NCBI GenBank assembly: GCA_965603825.1
Contig: CBFDEM010000012.1
Span: 372,001 to 436,000, forward strand
Source of the DNA: Blepharisma stoltei ATCC 30299
Lineage: Eukaryota > Protista > Ciliophora
Reading direction: 5' to 3'
Length of the DNA stretch: 64,000 nt
A model generated the notes under the pieces. That model searched no databases, was not told the origin of the DNA, and saw only the letters and a program-made list of their open reading frames with translations. Every line of letters begins with the position of its first letter. Positions within the stretch are counted from its first letter, which is position 1. Made by a program: the position numbers and the translations under genes. Shown here in pieces: positions 1 through 10,452 of this stretch.

Positions 1-2
1 AA

Positions 3-236
3 TTAGAAGACATTCCAAAGAATAAATTTTTGTGTCCTTCTGATTATACGGTGCAGCAGTTTTTGGGCTGTATCAGAAAAAAGATTCAAATGAGACGCGA
101 AACTGCTTTATTTGTCTTCATTAACGGGATAGAACTAGTCTCTGGTGACGCACCAATGTCGCAGATTTATGAGCAGAAAAAAGATGAAGATGGATTCTTG
201 TATATGATCTTCAGTGACCAGGACGTTATGGGATAG
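3..236 (+). CDS. ATG8: ATG8/GABARAP-family ubiquitin-like autophagy protein (5' end outside window)
   Basis: Frame is open from nt 3: LEDIPKNKFLCPSDYTVQQFLGCIRKKI...ALFVFIN...MSQIYEQKKDEDGFLYMIFS. It ends DQDVMG then TAG. The KFL.P.D.TV.QF and DEDGFLY motifs are typical of ATG8. Confidence 0.93.
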   Translation, partial: LEDIPKNKFLCPSDYTVQQFLGCIRKKIQMRRETALFVFINGIELVSGDAPMSQIYEQKKDEDGFLYMIFSDQDVMG

Positions 237-407
237 CTTAGATAATTGACTTTTATTTGAAATTAAGCAATTTTTTATTCTAAAACATTACCATGATTCT
301 AATATTAGATCGAATATCTTATTTATGTTTTTAACTGTGTATGGCAATTTTTGAATTTTATTTATTTTTAAAATGATTTTTTAAGTGCTTTCCATCCATT
401 TTATAAT

Positions 408-788
408 ATGCAGGGCTCTAATTTCAAATTCACGAGCAATATATACTCCCGAGGAGGAAATGATCCGAGGAGGGCAATGTCAAGCAATTCTGCAGCTGCC
501 ATGGAAGTAGCAAAATTTTGGTGTAAAGCAAAGGATGAAGAAGAAGAAGAAGCCAAAGATGAAAGGCCAGTTACCGTTAATGCCCATTCTCGAGACCATC
601 TTCAAGAAATGTGGAATAGTATGAAACTTCAGAAGAAGCCTCCAAAGAGCAGCTATGGAGAAGTTTTTCGGGAAACTCCAGAGCTAAAAGAAGAGCGTGA
701 GAGCTCAGATAATATTCATCACAAGAAAAAAGACTGGCTTAAAGACTATTTTGAATGTGTGCATAGACATAAATACTTCGTAAGGTAA
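408..788 (+). CDS. Hypothetical protein, 126 aa
   Basis: ATG after an AT-rich spacer, GC higher than the flanks, TAA stop. No recognised domain. Confidence 0.65.
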   Translation: MQGSNFKFTSNIYSRGGNDPRRAMSSNSAAAMEVAKFWCKAKDEEEEEAKDERPVTVNAHSRDHLQEMWNSMKLQKKPPKSSYGEVFRETPELKEERESSDNIHHKKKDWLKDYFECVHRHKYFVR

Positions 789-956
789 ATTGCTTAAATC
801 ACAATTTTTTTCTGAAAATTCGCTTTTCAAAATTATATATGATTGGATCGTCAGCTCCTGCATCATCCAATTTTAGTTTTAAGCATAAATTAATATTACT
901 TGTATGAGAAATTCAAATTCTGAGACACCATTTTATACCTAAATTATTACATGTTA

Positions 957-1943
957 CTAAGATACCAATTTATAGCTTTCTAGAAATCTATTCCTTATTT
1001 CTCCATAGATTTCAAGAAAATCCATCAACGCTTCTACCATGAACTCTGGCTTGCAAAGCTCATCAAGATATTTATTATATGCTTTCATTCTTAAATCAAG
1101 TGACGGAGGAGAAGCTGTAAACGTGGGAAAAGTTGGCAACTCCATTGAAGGGAAATCTTCTGCTGGAAATTTAAGCTTAAGAGTCCTATGAAGCCTTTCA
1201 AAATTAGACGGTGTTCTTAAGACATTATGAGACTTTCCTTCAGCCATTACGAGAATCCTGAAGTAGATGACCTGTATATTCCCTTCGGTTTTAGTTTTGC
1301 ATGATTTAATAAAAGTTTTAATTTTTGGATCTACGGAGTTGTCGACATGCGAATTTTTATGTTTGCTTAAAGCTCTTTTAAAAGAGTTATCTGATAAGTA
1401 CAGAAATGGTTCTGTACTTATATTCACGCTTCGCTCTGGGATAAATGTTGCAAAAGCTGATAATATTGAGCAAGTAATGATGCCTAAAATCAAAGCGCAG
1501 ATGTTTATTAAATCCCACAGTGGATCTCTGTCTTTATCGCAAGTCAAATAAAGTACTGAAACAACTCCCTGAGCAAAGAGATTAATAATTCAAAACCATT
1601 TGTTCCCAATGCATGTTGAAGCTATCCATCTTTGATATTCAAAGATGAGCAGGTAAAGACTAAGCATCCATGATGAAGTCAAGAGCCCAAAAAAGGCGAC
1701 TCTTACGAATCTAACCTCATCTCCATGAGCTTCAGAAAAGCACGCTTCTGCAGTGTGGATTATGCTGAAGAAAATCATAAGAACTGTACAGATCGATTTC
1801 ACTAATAGTGACTTAGAAAGATACCTAGACCTGGTTTTCCCATCTCTATAATGATATAAATAGCGATAAATAAAACACACCACGTACACCAGTGGGATTA
1901 AAATCATAAAGATGTAGATTTCGAACAAATTTTCTTCTTCCAT
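957..1943 (-). CDS. Multi-pass membrane protein with C-terminal PX (phox) domain, 328 aa
   Basis: ORFs 1590-1943 and 957-1547 join in frame through TGA=Trp at 1590-1592 (GNKWF-W-IINLFAQGVVSVLYLTCDKD). The C-terminus YFRILV...VLRTPSNFERLHRTLKLKFP...LPTFP...LRMKAYNKYLDEL...LMDFLEI has the PX pattern. Confidence 0.75.
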
Positions 1944-2281
1944 TTTTCAGTATCTTTATTTCTCTTATCCATTAGATTTTGGTTGAGAAATGATTTGGAA
2001 AAGTAGGAAGCAACAGAAATGAAATATTTATGAAAGTCTTGACAGTGATGCTAAAACAAAGCTAAATTTTTAAAATTGTAAAAAATAACGATTGGGATCA
2101 TTTCTCTATTAAATATCAAACGTAATATTTAACCAGAAATCAAAAAATAACTGTTAGGATTTGTATAAGTGATTTTAAATTAATGTTTCTTCCATCACTT
2201 TGCCAAGATATCATTAATTTTTTTCATATATTAAGTAAACGGGATTTTCTATTAATTTATCATTTCCTTATAATTTAATTC

Positions 2282-4441
2282 ATGTTTCAACCTATAGACA
2301 ACTTTGAAGAAAATAATGAAGAGCAAGAGCCAAATTTTGAACAAGACGAAACACATAAACCTCTCCTACTTATCCGTTCCTCTCTAAATGCAGAACCAAA
2401 TATTTCTTATGCTTCAGAGCTCGAAATCGATGGGGAAAACGAAGGGGTGAAACTTCCTTCAGAGTTTCTTGATAAAGAACAAAAAGAAATATATCTTGAG
2501 AACAAGCGTCTAGATGGCCTAAATAAATTAACAAGTGAGCATCAAGACTTCCAATTAGACATCCTAAATAAAGAGCAAAAATCCAGAAACAAATTAAAGG
2601 CCCAATATAACAAGCAAATCGGAAAAATCAAATATTTAGAAGACCATTCCGCCCACAAGCATCAGCAACGACAGGTGCTTGTGTCTAAAGCTTTCAGGAA
2701 GCAAGAAATGAAACTGAAATATGCAATTAAGAAGAAAAAAGGCGACCTTAGGGTGACTATTGATGACTCTGTGGAAGGCCTAATGTACGGAGGCGGCCAA
2801 AGACTTTACCAAGTTTCTTGGAAAGGCCGCCCACAGCCTGTAGAAGTAAGGATTGATGAGTGCCGAGATATCAAAGATAAATTGATAAGGGGTGATTATT
2901 GGCTGAAAGTTGTGATAAAAGATAGAATTGGAGGAGCTATTTTGAGCTTCAATAAGTGCATTCAGGAATGGAGAAATATGACTGATCCTCTTTTCCATGA
3001 TGGGAAACATGCTTCTAAGTCCATGAAATTCCTGACTACTTTACTTGTGTTGGCGCCTTCAGAGATTGCGATAACACCTACTATGGTTTATTGCTTTCAA
3101 CTGTTGGATTCTTTGGGAGCTGTGGTAGGAGAAGGGTATTTTCCTCTAATAAATAACTGTTTTGAGCTTGTTGAAGGAAAATTCAAAGTCCCCATATTAA
3201 GAAATTCTATTAGGTCTTCTATTGACAAATTTTCAGATCTTGAAGCCTTATACCGCCGCAACATAGATGAATGGCTTTGCAATTTATATTTCCAGACACA
3301 CAAACAAATCCCTTTACTTAAAGGCGAAAAGCAAGTCATCGTTCACCTAATGACCACCCAAGATCTCCAAGAAGAATACGAATACGACGGGGCAATTCTA
3401 AAAGAATACGAAGAATTATTAACGCCAGAACAATTTGAAGAGCACAAATTTTCTGTAGTAAAAACCGGATTTTTGACAACTCCAAGGAATAAGCTTTCTT
3501 ATTTGATGGCAGAAATTATGATAGAGCTTGGGTTTAAAACTTTTAAACATTTACAAATTTATGTTACCTTTTTGCTTTTGATAGCTTGTATATGATCTAG
3601 TCGATATATACACTATGGAGGAGAATGGCTCTATTTAAAAGCAATTAGATATCCAGTCACTGTATTTAAAGCCTTAGCGTTCACCTTAGACATGGAATAT
3701 CCAAATCAGCTTACACTGTCTCAAGAAATTGGAGCAATTTTGACTGGCCAAGCCTTCTGCATTCTTTGGTTTATATTTTTTTCACTAGTTGCTTTTGGAA
3801 CTTTACTAGTGGTTGGTAGATTTCCAGCTATAGGATTTAGAATAATCCAATGCTGGGGAATAATTACTGTAATTGATCCCATAATCACCCTCATAGAGTG
3901 CATAATTCGTGGGTTTGTCTATGATTTTTGGGATGGCGATTCCTTCAGACTTTACAATTACTTTGAAACTTGGGAAGGAAACGGCGTTATCGGTATTATG
4001 ATGACCCTGTTCTTATATGCTGGGATGATGGGGATTGCCAGTTTTTGTTTTTATAATTACTTCTTATACGTCCATATGAATGGGCGCTTACTAGACATTT
4101 ACATGAGAATTAATGGGCCAGAAGAAAGTTTTTTTATTCCACATGATGGAGAAATCAGTAAAAGGTACCTGGACTGGATCTGCTATAAAGCTAGGAACTA
4201 TAGAAGCATCAATGGGGATTCGAGGAAGATCGCAATAAGCACATTTGACTTTACAGACTCATATGATAGCAAATATAATATGCATGCTCAGCATGTCTCA
4301 GTTTATAATGTCGCTAATGATAGATCAAGAACTCTGTATAGGCATTTTGTGGTTCTTCCTGATGGAGCGATATGTGAGCTATCTCAGATTGAAAAAAGGC
4401 AAAATAATAAAAAGTTCAGTGATGTGCTTAAAGGATATTAA
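2282..4441 (+). CDS. Coiled-coil + C2-like + multi-TM protein, resembles OFCC1-family proteins (719 aa)
   Basis: Two ORFs join in frame via TGA at 3593-3595 plus 32 stop-free codons. The family call rests on recalled similarity of the YQVSW.GRPQPVEVRIDECRDIKDKL.RG.Y segment and was not verified by search. Confidence 0.6.
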
Positions 4442-4553
4442 TAATAATTTTAGCTATAATAAATTCATATAAAAGCTAAACAATCAATTTATTAAATTAC
4501 AATAAATAGCTGCTATTGAAACGCTTATTTTCAAAAGTGTAGTATAAATAGAA

Positions 4554-5186
4554 ATGGGTGCAAGCAATCCTAAACTCACTCCACAAGAGCAGATGAGAGA
4601 GCATCGGCGTGGACTGAAACGGGCTATGAGAGAGCTAGACCGTGAAAGGAATCATCTTATTTTGGAAGAAAAGAAACTTGTCGCAGAAATCAAAAAATTG
4701 GCCAAGCAAAACCAAATTGGTCCGTTGAAAGTCATGGCAAAGGACCTTGTGCGCTTGAGAAGGCAAACTCAGAAGTTCCTTGAAATGAAATCACAGATCC
4801 AAGGAGTGGATTTGAGACTACAAACCATGAGGTCAACTCAGGCAATGTCAGAAGCACTGAGAGGAGTCACACCTGCTTTGGTAGCTTTTAACAAGCAAAT
4901 GAATCTCCCTGAGCTCAATAGAATGATGCAAGAGTTTTATAAAGAAAATCAGAGGATGGATATGACTGAAGAAATGATGGGTGAAGCCGTAGACATGGCT
5001 TTGGAAAATCCTAATGATGTAGAAGAAAGTGACAATGTTGTGAATCAAGTTCTAAGCGAGCTTGGTGTTGAAGTAGCAGCTTCATTACAAAGCGCACCTG
5101 CTGGGAAACTCAATCGGCCAGTCGTTGAAGAATCAAAAGAACCTCAAATGGAAGATTTAGAATCAAGATTCAATGCGCTTAAATAA
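4554..5186 (+). CDS. CHMP2A: ESCRT-III subunit CHMP2A/Vps2
   Basis: Snf7-family sequence: TPQEQMR...RAMRELDRER...KVMAKDLVR.R...IQGVDLRLQTMRS..AM...MNLP, with the C-terminal MIM1 element DLESRFNALK. Confidence 0.93.
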   Translation: MGASNPKLTPQEQMREHRRGLKRAMRELDRERNHLILEEKKLVAEIKKLAKQNQIGPLKVMAKDLVRLRRQTQKFLEMKSQIQGVDLRLQTMRSTQAMSEALRGVTPALVAFNKQMNLPELNRMMQEFYKENQRMDMTEEMMGEAVDMALENPNDVEESDNVVNQVLSELGVEVAASLQSAPAGKLNRPVVEESKEPQMEDLESRFNALK

Positions 5187-5628
5187 TTTATGCTAGAAAT
5201 ATTATTTACGAAATAATATGCAGTCTTCAATTATACTTTGTTCTATAAAGTCATTATAAAAACCTCAATAACTAAATTTATATTTTTTGCTGCTAGCATA
5301 GTTTTGAGTTGCAAGACTTATTGCTCTGAATAATTGAATAATATTTTGCTTAAAAATACAGAAACTATATATATTTGTACATAAGTATAAAGTACTGCCC
5401 AGAAATTAATAATTTCTGAAACATTATTAAAGGATTTCCATTAATTGAGCATAAGCAACCTAAACAATAAAGCTTCATAGCAATAGTAAGAGACTTAATT
5501 CAGAATAGCAGAAAATGCTATTTTTTTAGCTATACTTATAACAGAGATATATTTTTATTCAGCAATCTTAATTGCTTAAAATAGAAAGATAAAACGTAAA
5601 TTAATATTTTAATTGATATTCTTTAAAT

Positions 5629-7266
5629 ATGGATCTAGAAGAGCCCGGGTTTGATGAGCCTTTTAACCTTGATGAACGTGTGGATTTTATAAGCTCTCGT
5701 CTAAAAAATTCGTACACATACTGAGCAATGAAAAGACTAGCTAAAGAAGAAATTATCAAACCTAAATACAAGCAGCAAGACTTAGAAGAAAATTTTCCTA
5801 AAATTCTCAAAGATTTAGAAGTTGATATAAAATTCAAAAACAAAATAAACGAGCTCTACACAAGCATGTTTTCATTAGACTCCAACAATAATTTCGCTAT
5901 TTCCCTCATGCATGGGCTTGATGCTTCAAAACCTATCCCTCCGCTTCCACCTTATTTTACACATGTACATGTAGAGCCATTAGAGTCGGTTACAGCTGCA
6001 AGGCAGCAATGGACACAATTTGTGCGAACAAGGTATTTATCATTATCCTACGAACTTGACAAGCCACTTGTAAGTGTCAGAAAAACTCCTTGGCAATTTG
6101 CTATTCCTGAAGAAAGAAAAGATGAAGGCGACGAAGAAATGGAAAGAAAAAATGAAAAAATTGAAGAGATTCCATTTGTCTATGACGATGAAAATATGCT
6201 TAATACAATTCTGTCAATAAATAATGGGAATTTCAGGAAGGATTCTATTGAGTGGGGAAGTATAAAATTACACATAAGAACCCCACCTATTGATATGCTA
6301 AGATCTCAATATGAAGAACTCGACGTCTGCTACAAGCATTTAGGAGTTGACGATGACAGAGCTTTCATGGATGAAAGAACTGCGATAGGAGAAAAGTTGC
6401 TCAACAAAGACTATGTGCCTTATATGGTGCAGTACGCAAAAAGAGGCATTCCAAATTCATTAAGGTGCAGGTTTTATATGAAAATCCTTGAAGTGAATAT
6501 ATCGTCAAAGGATCAAAGTTATTTTGACTATTTAATAGAGCAGACACAAAAATGGGAGCTCTCGCTTGATAAAGTAATTCTTTATGATGCAAGAGACGTG
6601 TGCAATGACGATAGGTTTTTTATTTTTCATGAAGTTTTAGAAAAAATATTTATGGCGTTTGTTAGAGACCCTTGGGTGGGCGAAAATTTAAGGGCTCTTC
6701 CAAATCTCCCTTTAACAGGGATCTCTAATGATGGGCGATCGATAGGGAATGTCCCACCATGCTCAGTTATACCTTTCAAACGGTTCTCTCGCTATATCGC
6801 ACCTTTTACATTTGTCTCTGATAAACCTGAAGAGTGCTATTTTGTCTTCAGAAATTTTTACTGCAAATATTTGTGCTATCTTCATAGTTTGACTTCGGAT
6901 GAGCGAGGCATAATTAGTCTCTGTCGTCTTTTTGAAGATGTTTTGCAAGCTTATGATCCAGACATGGTTTATAAATTATACCAGCTTGGGGTATCTCCAT
7001 TAAAAATTGCTTTTCCTTGGATATTTTACTGCTTTATAGGATTTATAGAAGTTGAGCAGACTTTTATGCTGTGAGATAGGATTATTGGATACGATAGCCC
7101 CGAAATTGTGGCATTACTAGCAGCTTCATTGTTTATTTACAGAACAGATTTGATTATGCAATGCTCATCTCAAGAAGAAATTGAAGATTTATTTTATGAC
7201 CTTCAGCATGTAAAGGTTATGCCTCTTTTGCAAAACTTTTTATTTATTGAAAAATATGTTGTTTAG
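5629..7266 (+). CDS. TBC1D19: Rab-GAP TBC domain protein, TBC1D19-like (545 aa)
   Basis: ATG at 5629 is in frame through TGA 5722-5724. TGA 7072-7074 restores the TBC motif LWDRIIGYD; the stop is TAG 7264-7266. Other motifs: GIPNSLR, NDDRFFIF, PPCSVIPF, PLKIAFPWI. Confidence 0.85.
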
Positions 7267-8480
7267 TAATTTAAAATAATAGATTTAAGTTTAAATAAGT
7301 TTTTTTAAAGTTTTATAGTCGTAAGCTTTATGAATTATTATAAAGCAAAGTCTGAAGAGTGGATCTAAAGTGTATTTTTGAGCAAGAATATATAGCTGCT
7401 ATATTTGTTAAAAATAGTATCAAAATATATAAAGAATTTATATCTTTAATTCAGGCAATTTATACCAATTTGCAATATATTATTTACCTTAAATTTGCAT
7501 CAATAAGAAATTAGATAATTATTTTATCAAGAATTTTGTCGGCATTGAGACTACCATTAAAGTTTATAAAATATAATTTATTGGCATAAGGGACTCACCA
7601 GTCATAAATAGAATCAAATGTTAGATGAAATAATTAAGATAATGCTAAAATATGAAATTTATTAACATTTACTGGATGAAACATCGAAATATGTCAATTA
7701 TATTTTAAAATACCCAAGGGCAAAGGGAAAAGTCAGCTAATCTTTATAAAATAAGGAAAAAATAGAGATAAAAAAAAATCAAAATAAACTTTATGGCTTA
7801 ATTAGTTTAATAATGTTCAAATATTAAATTTTGCTAAATAATCAAAATATCTATATTATTCTAAATCAGAGACAAATAGATTAAACCGCAGGCACATTAT
7901 AAAATTTCTATGCGCGTGCATAATTAGATTTCATTTTATTTAATTAAAGCAATGTTTTGATTTAAATAAATATAATTATGACATAAAAATTAGAATTATT
8001 ATATTTGATAATGCATATTAAGAAATATTATTTTATTATAAGATAACTGATCATAGAAACGCTCGAATTAAACATTTTGAATTTACTTTGGCTGTGGCAG
8101 TGTTGATTCAAATGCCTAATAATTTGAATTTTATGGATCAATAAGAAGCCTTAAATAAAAATTCCCTATATTATTAAAAGCCAAAACTTTTTAAGTCTTT
8201 AAAGTTGCCTTAAAGTTGATGTTTCAAAAATAAATTTTAAGATAAAGACTAAATTATTTATCTACTAGTATTTTAAATGATGAGTCATTAAAATGCTGAT
8301 GCTCAAATTTAAGAGCTTTCCTACACCAAATGATTCTTGCATATAGGTTTTAAGAGAGAAATGCTTGAATAATACTCTTTTCTAATATAATAGTAAGTAT
8401 TATTCTCCAAGAGCTAAATCTTATAAAATAGCTTCTCTAGGAAATATTAGCAATAGACATTGGTTGAAAATTAATAAAGT

Positions 8481-8954
8481 ATGAATCAAGAGAGAGATCA
8501 ATTGCCAAAAGTAATTAGTCTTATAACTCTTTCTTTTGAAACACCATTCAAATGCTTGCAATGCTGTTATTCATTTTCCAGTCTTGAAGATTATCAAGTT
8601 CATCTTAATGCAAACTATATAAACAATAGTCAAGAAATTTCAAATCTCCAAGAAAGCTATAATGAACAAATAGTCAACTGCAAGCCAAGCTGCCCACATT
8701 GCAATAAAATATTTTCCAGCGTAAAAGGCATTAACTTGCACATAGGCAAAGTCCATCCAATTGATGAAAAAAAGGAGAAATGCTCAAGATGCGGCAATAA
8801 ATTTAATCATAAGTATGCATTAGATTTCCATATAAAGCAAGTTCATGAAAAATCAACCCGTATGGAATGCCAAAAATGCAAAAAATGATTTTACAACAAA
8901 TATGTCCTGCAAGGTCACCTAGCCAAATGTAACCTCTTCCATTCATTAATATAA
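8481..8954 (+). CDS. C2H2 zinc-finger protein (157 aa)
   Basis: Fingers CPHCNKIF...LHIGKVH and CSRCGNKF...FHIKQVH. TGA 8886-8888 read as Trp completes a last finger CQKCKKWFYNKYVLQGHLAKC; stop TAA 8952-8954. Confidence 0.85.
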
Positions 8955-9211
8955 ATGGAATTCAAATAAAATAAATTTAGGAATTTTCACTTTATAGTTT
9001 TGAAGTTAAAGAGATTTTATACGGATAAGTAATGCTTATATTTCAAAGTATTTGCAATGACTAAAAAGAATTTAAACTTAAAGATATTAATTTTTCTATC
9101 AAAGATTTCGATAAAAGCAAAAATTTATTAGCCATAAAATAGTAATATTAAACTATTACAAAATAGTTTTTGCATAAATGCAACCATAGAAATGATTTAA
9201 GATCATAAATT

Positions 9212-9665
9212 ATGAATCAAGAAGTATAAAAACATCCAAAAATAATTGATTTTATAACTCAGCAATTTGTAGCATCTAATTTGCTGCATTTCATTTTATA
9301 GTCTAAAATCTATTCAAGCATATCTAAGTGCAAATTCTTTAGGATATGCAAAAACTCAAACGATTTCAAATGATCTAAAAAGCTATTTAGAAGAAGCGTG
9401 TGCTCGTAAGCCTAGCTGCTCTCATAGCAATAAAATATTCTCCAGCATAAAAGGTGTGAATTTGCACATAGGAGAAGTAATCCAATTGATGAAAAAAAGT
9501 AGCATGATGTATCATAAATACGCATTAGATTTTCATATAAAGCAAGCTCATGAAAAATAAACCCTGTGGAAAGTCAAAAATGCAAAATGATTTTAAAATA
9601 AATGTCCTTCAAGGCCGCCTAGCAAATTGTAACCTCTTCCATTCATTAAAATAAATGGAATTCAA
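9212..9665 (+). pseudogene. Decayed tandem duplicate of the zinc-finger gene 8481-8954
   Basis: Collinear near-identical blocks: atgaatcaaga; aataaaatatt.tccagc.taaaagg; ttgcacatagg; tccaattgatgaaaaaaag; gcattagattt.catataaagcaag.tcatgaaaaat; tgtaacctcttccattcattaa.ataaatggaattcaa. These are interrupted by TAA stops (first at codon 6), small indels and a deletion of one finger. Confidence 0.88.
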
Positions 9666-10116
9666 TAAATAAAATTAGATTTTTCTAACTAAAAGCTTTT
9701 CAATTAAACAAGTGCGATCATCAATACCAATTTAGGTATTTTAGAGATTTTAAAGACTAAACAGGAAATAAAAAATTAAGGATACTGAATTAATGTAATA
9801 ATACAGAATATAAAATTTTGAGCATAAGTTTCCTATCTATAAATAAACATACAGTGATATTCATTTAAATTATATAGGTGTATATTCCATCCAAATTAAT
9901 TTATTGATAAGATAAGATTTTTGTGGAATTTTATATTACATATGAATTCAATATTAGATATTAAATCTGTTACTATAAATAAGAGATGTTATGGATGCTG
10001 TATGATAAGAAGAATCAATGCCTTTATTTTGTAATAAAATTTTATTTTAATAGTGTGCAATATTTAAGCACTTTTTGAGAACTAAGATAATTGATCTAAA
10101 AAATAATAGTCGAAAT

Positions 10117-10446
10117 ATGGATCTTAATAGAATCCCTGGAAATGAAGGTTTCAGAAGAATTAACTTTCTGTTTCAAGCTGCTATTGAAATTTTTAATAGA
10201 AGCCCGAAAATTGCCCAGCTATATATTAAAGATATGAGACTTATAGCAGAAAAACTTGTCTTAAGACTGTATATGCCATATAGAGATCCAAGCTTAAAAC
10301 GAGAATTTTGCAAAAAATGCTCATATCTCCTTACCCATCTCCCGAAACAAACACAATGTATTACCTATTTAGGCCTTGGTAGCAGACTATACGCAACCAC
10401 AGTTTGCCCTTCCTGCAAATATATAAAGAAGATAAAGATTAACTAA
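10117..10446 (+). CDS. RPP21: RNase P subunit Rpp21/Rpr2 (two 15-nt introns)
   Basis: RRINFLFQAA...YIKDMRLIAEKLVLRL[intron]DPSLKREFCKKC...CPSC is the Rpr2/Rpp21 zinc-ribbon pattern. Removing 10269-10283 restores the conserved RLDP..KR..CKKC. Confidence 0.85.
   Translation: MDLNRIPGNEGFRRINFLFQAAIEIFNRSPKIAQLYIKDMRLIAEKLVLRLYMPYRDPSLKREFCKKCSYLLTHLPKQTQCITYLGLGSRLYATTVCPSCKYIKKIKIN
10269..10283 (+). other. 15-nt spliceosomal intron (in-frame, no stop)
   Basis: Sequence gtatatgccAtatag. Removal converts LRLYMPYRDPS to the conserved LRLDPS. Confidence 0.85.
10358..10372 (+). other. Probable 15-nt spliceosomal intron (in-frame, no stop)
   Basis: Sequence gtattacctAtttag matches the GTA-N6-A-N2-TAG pattern of the other introns. 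It is not forced by frame or by a stop. Confidence 0.65.
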
Positions 10447-10452
10447 GCTTAT

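Noticed and set aside
790-956. Possible 3' extension of the PX-domain gene in another frame
   Set aside because: It would need a 14- or 17-nt intron. No GTA...AG of 15-16 nt gives the right frame, and the PX domain is already complete at TAG 957.
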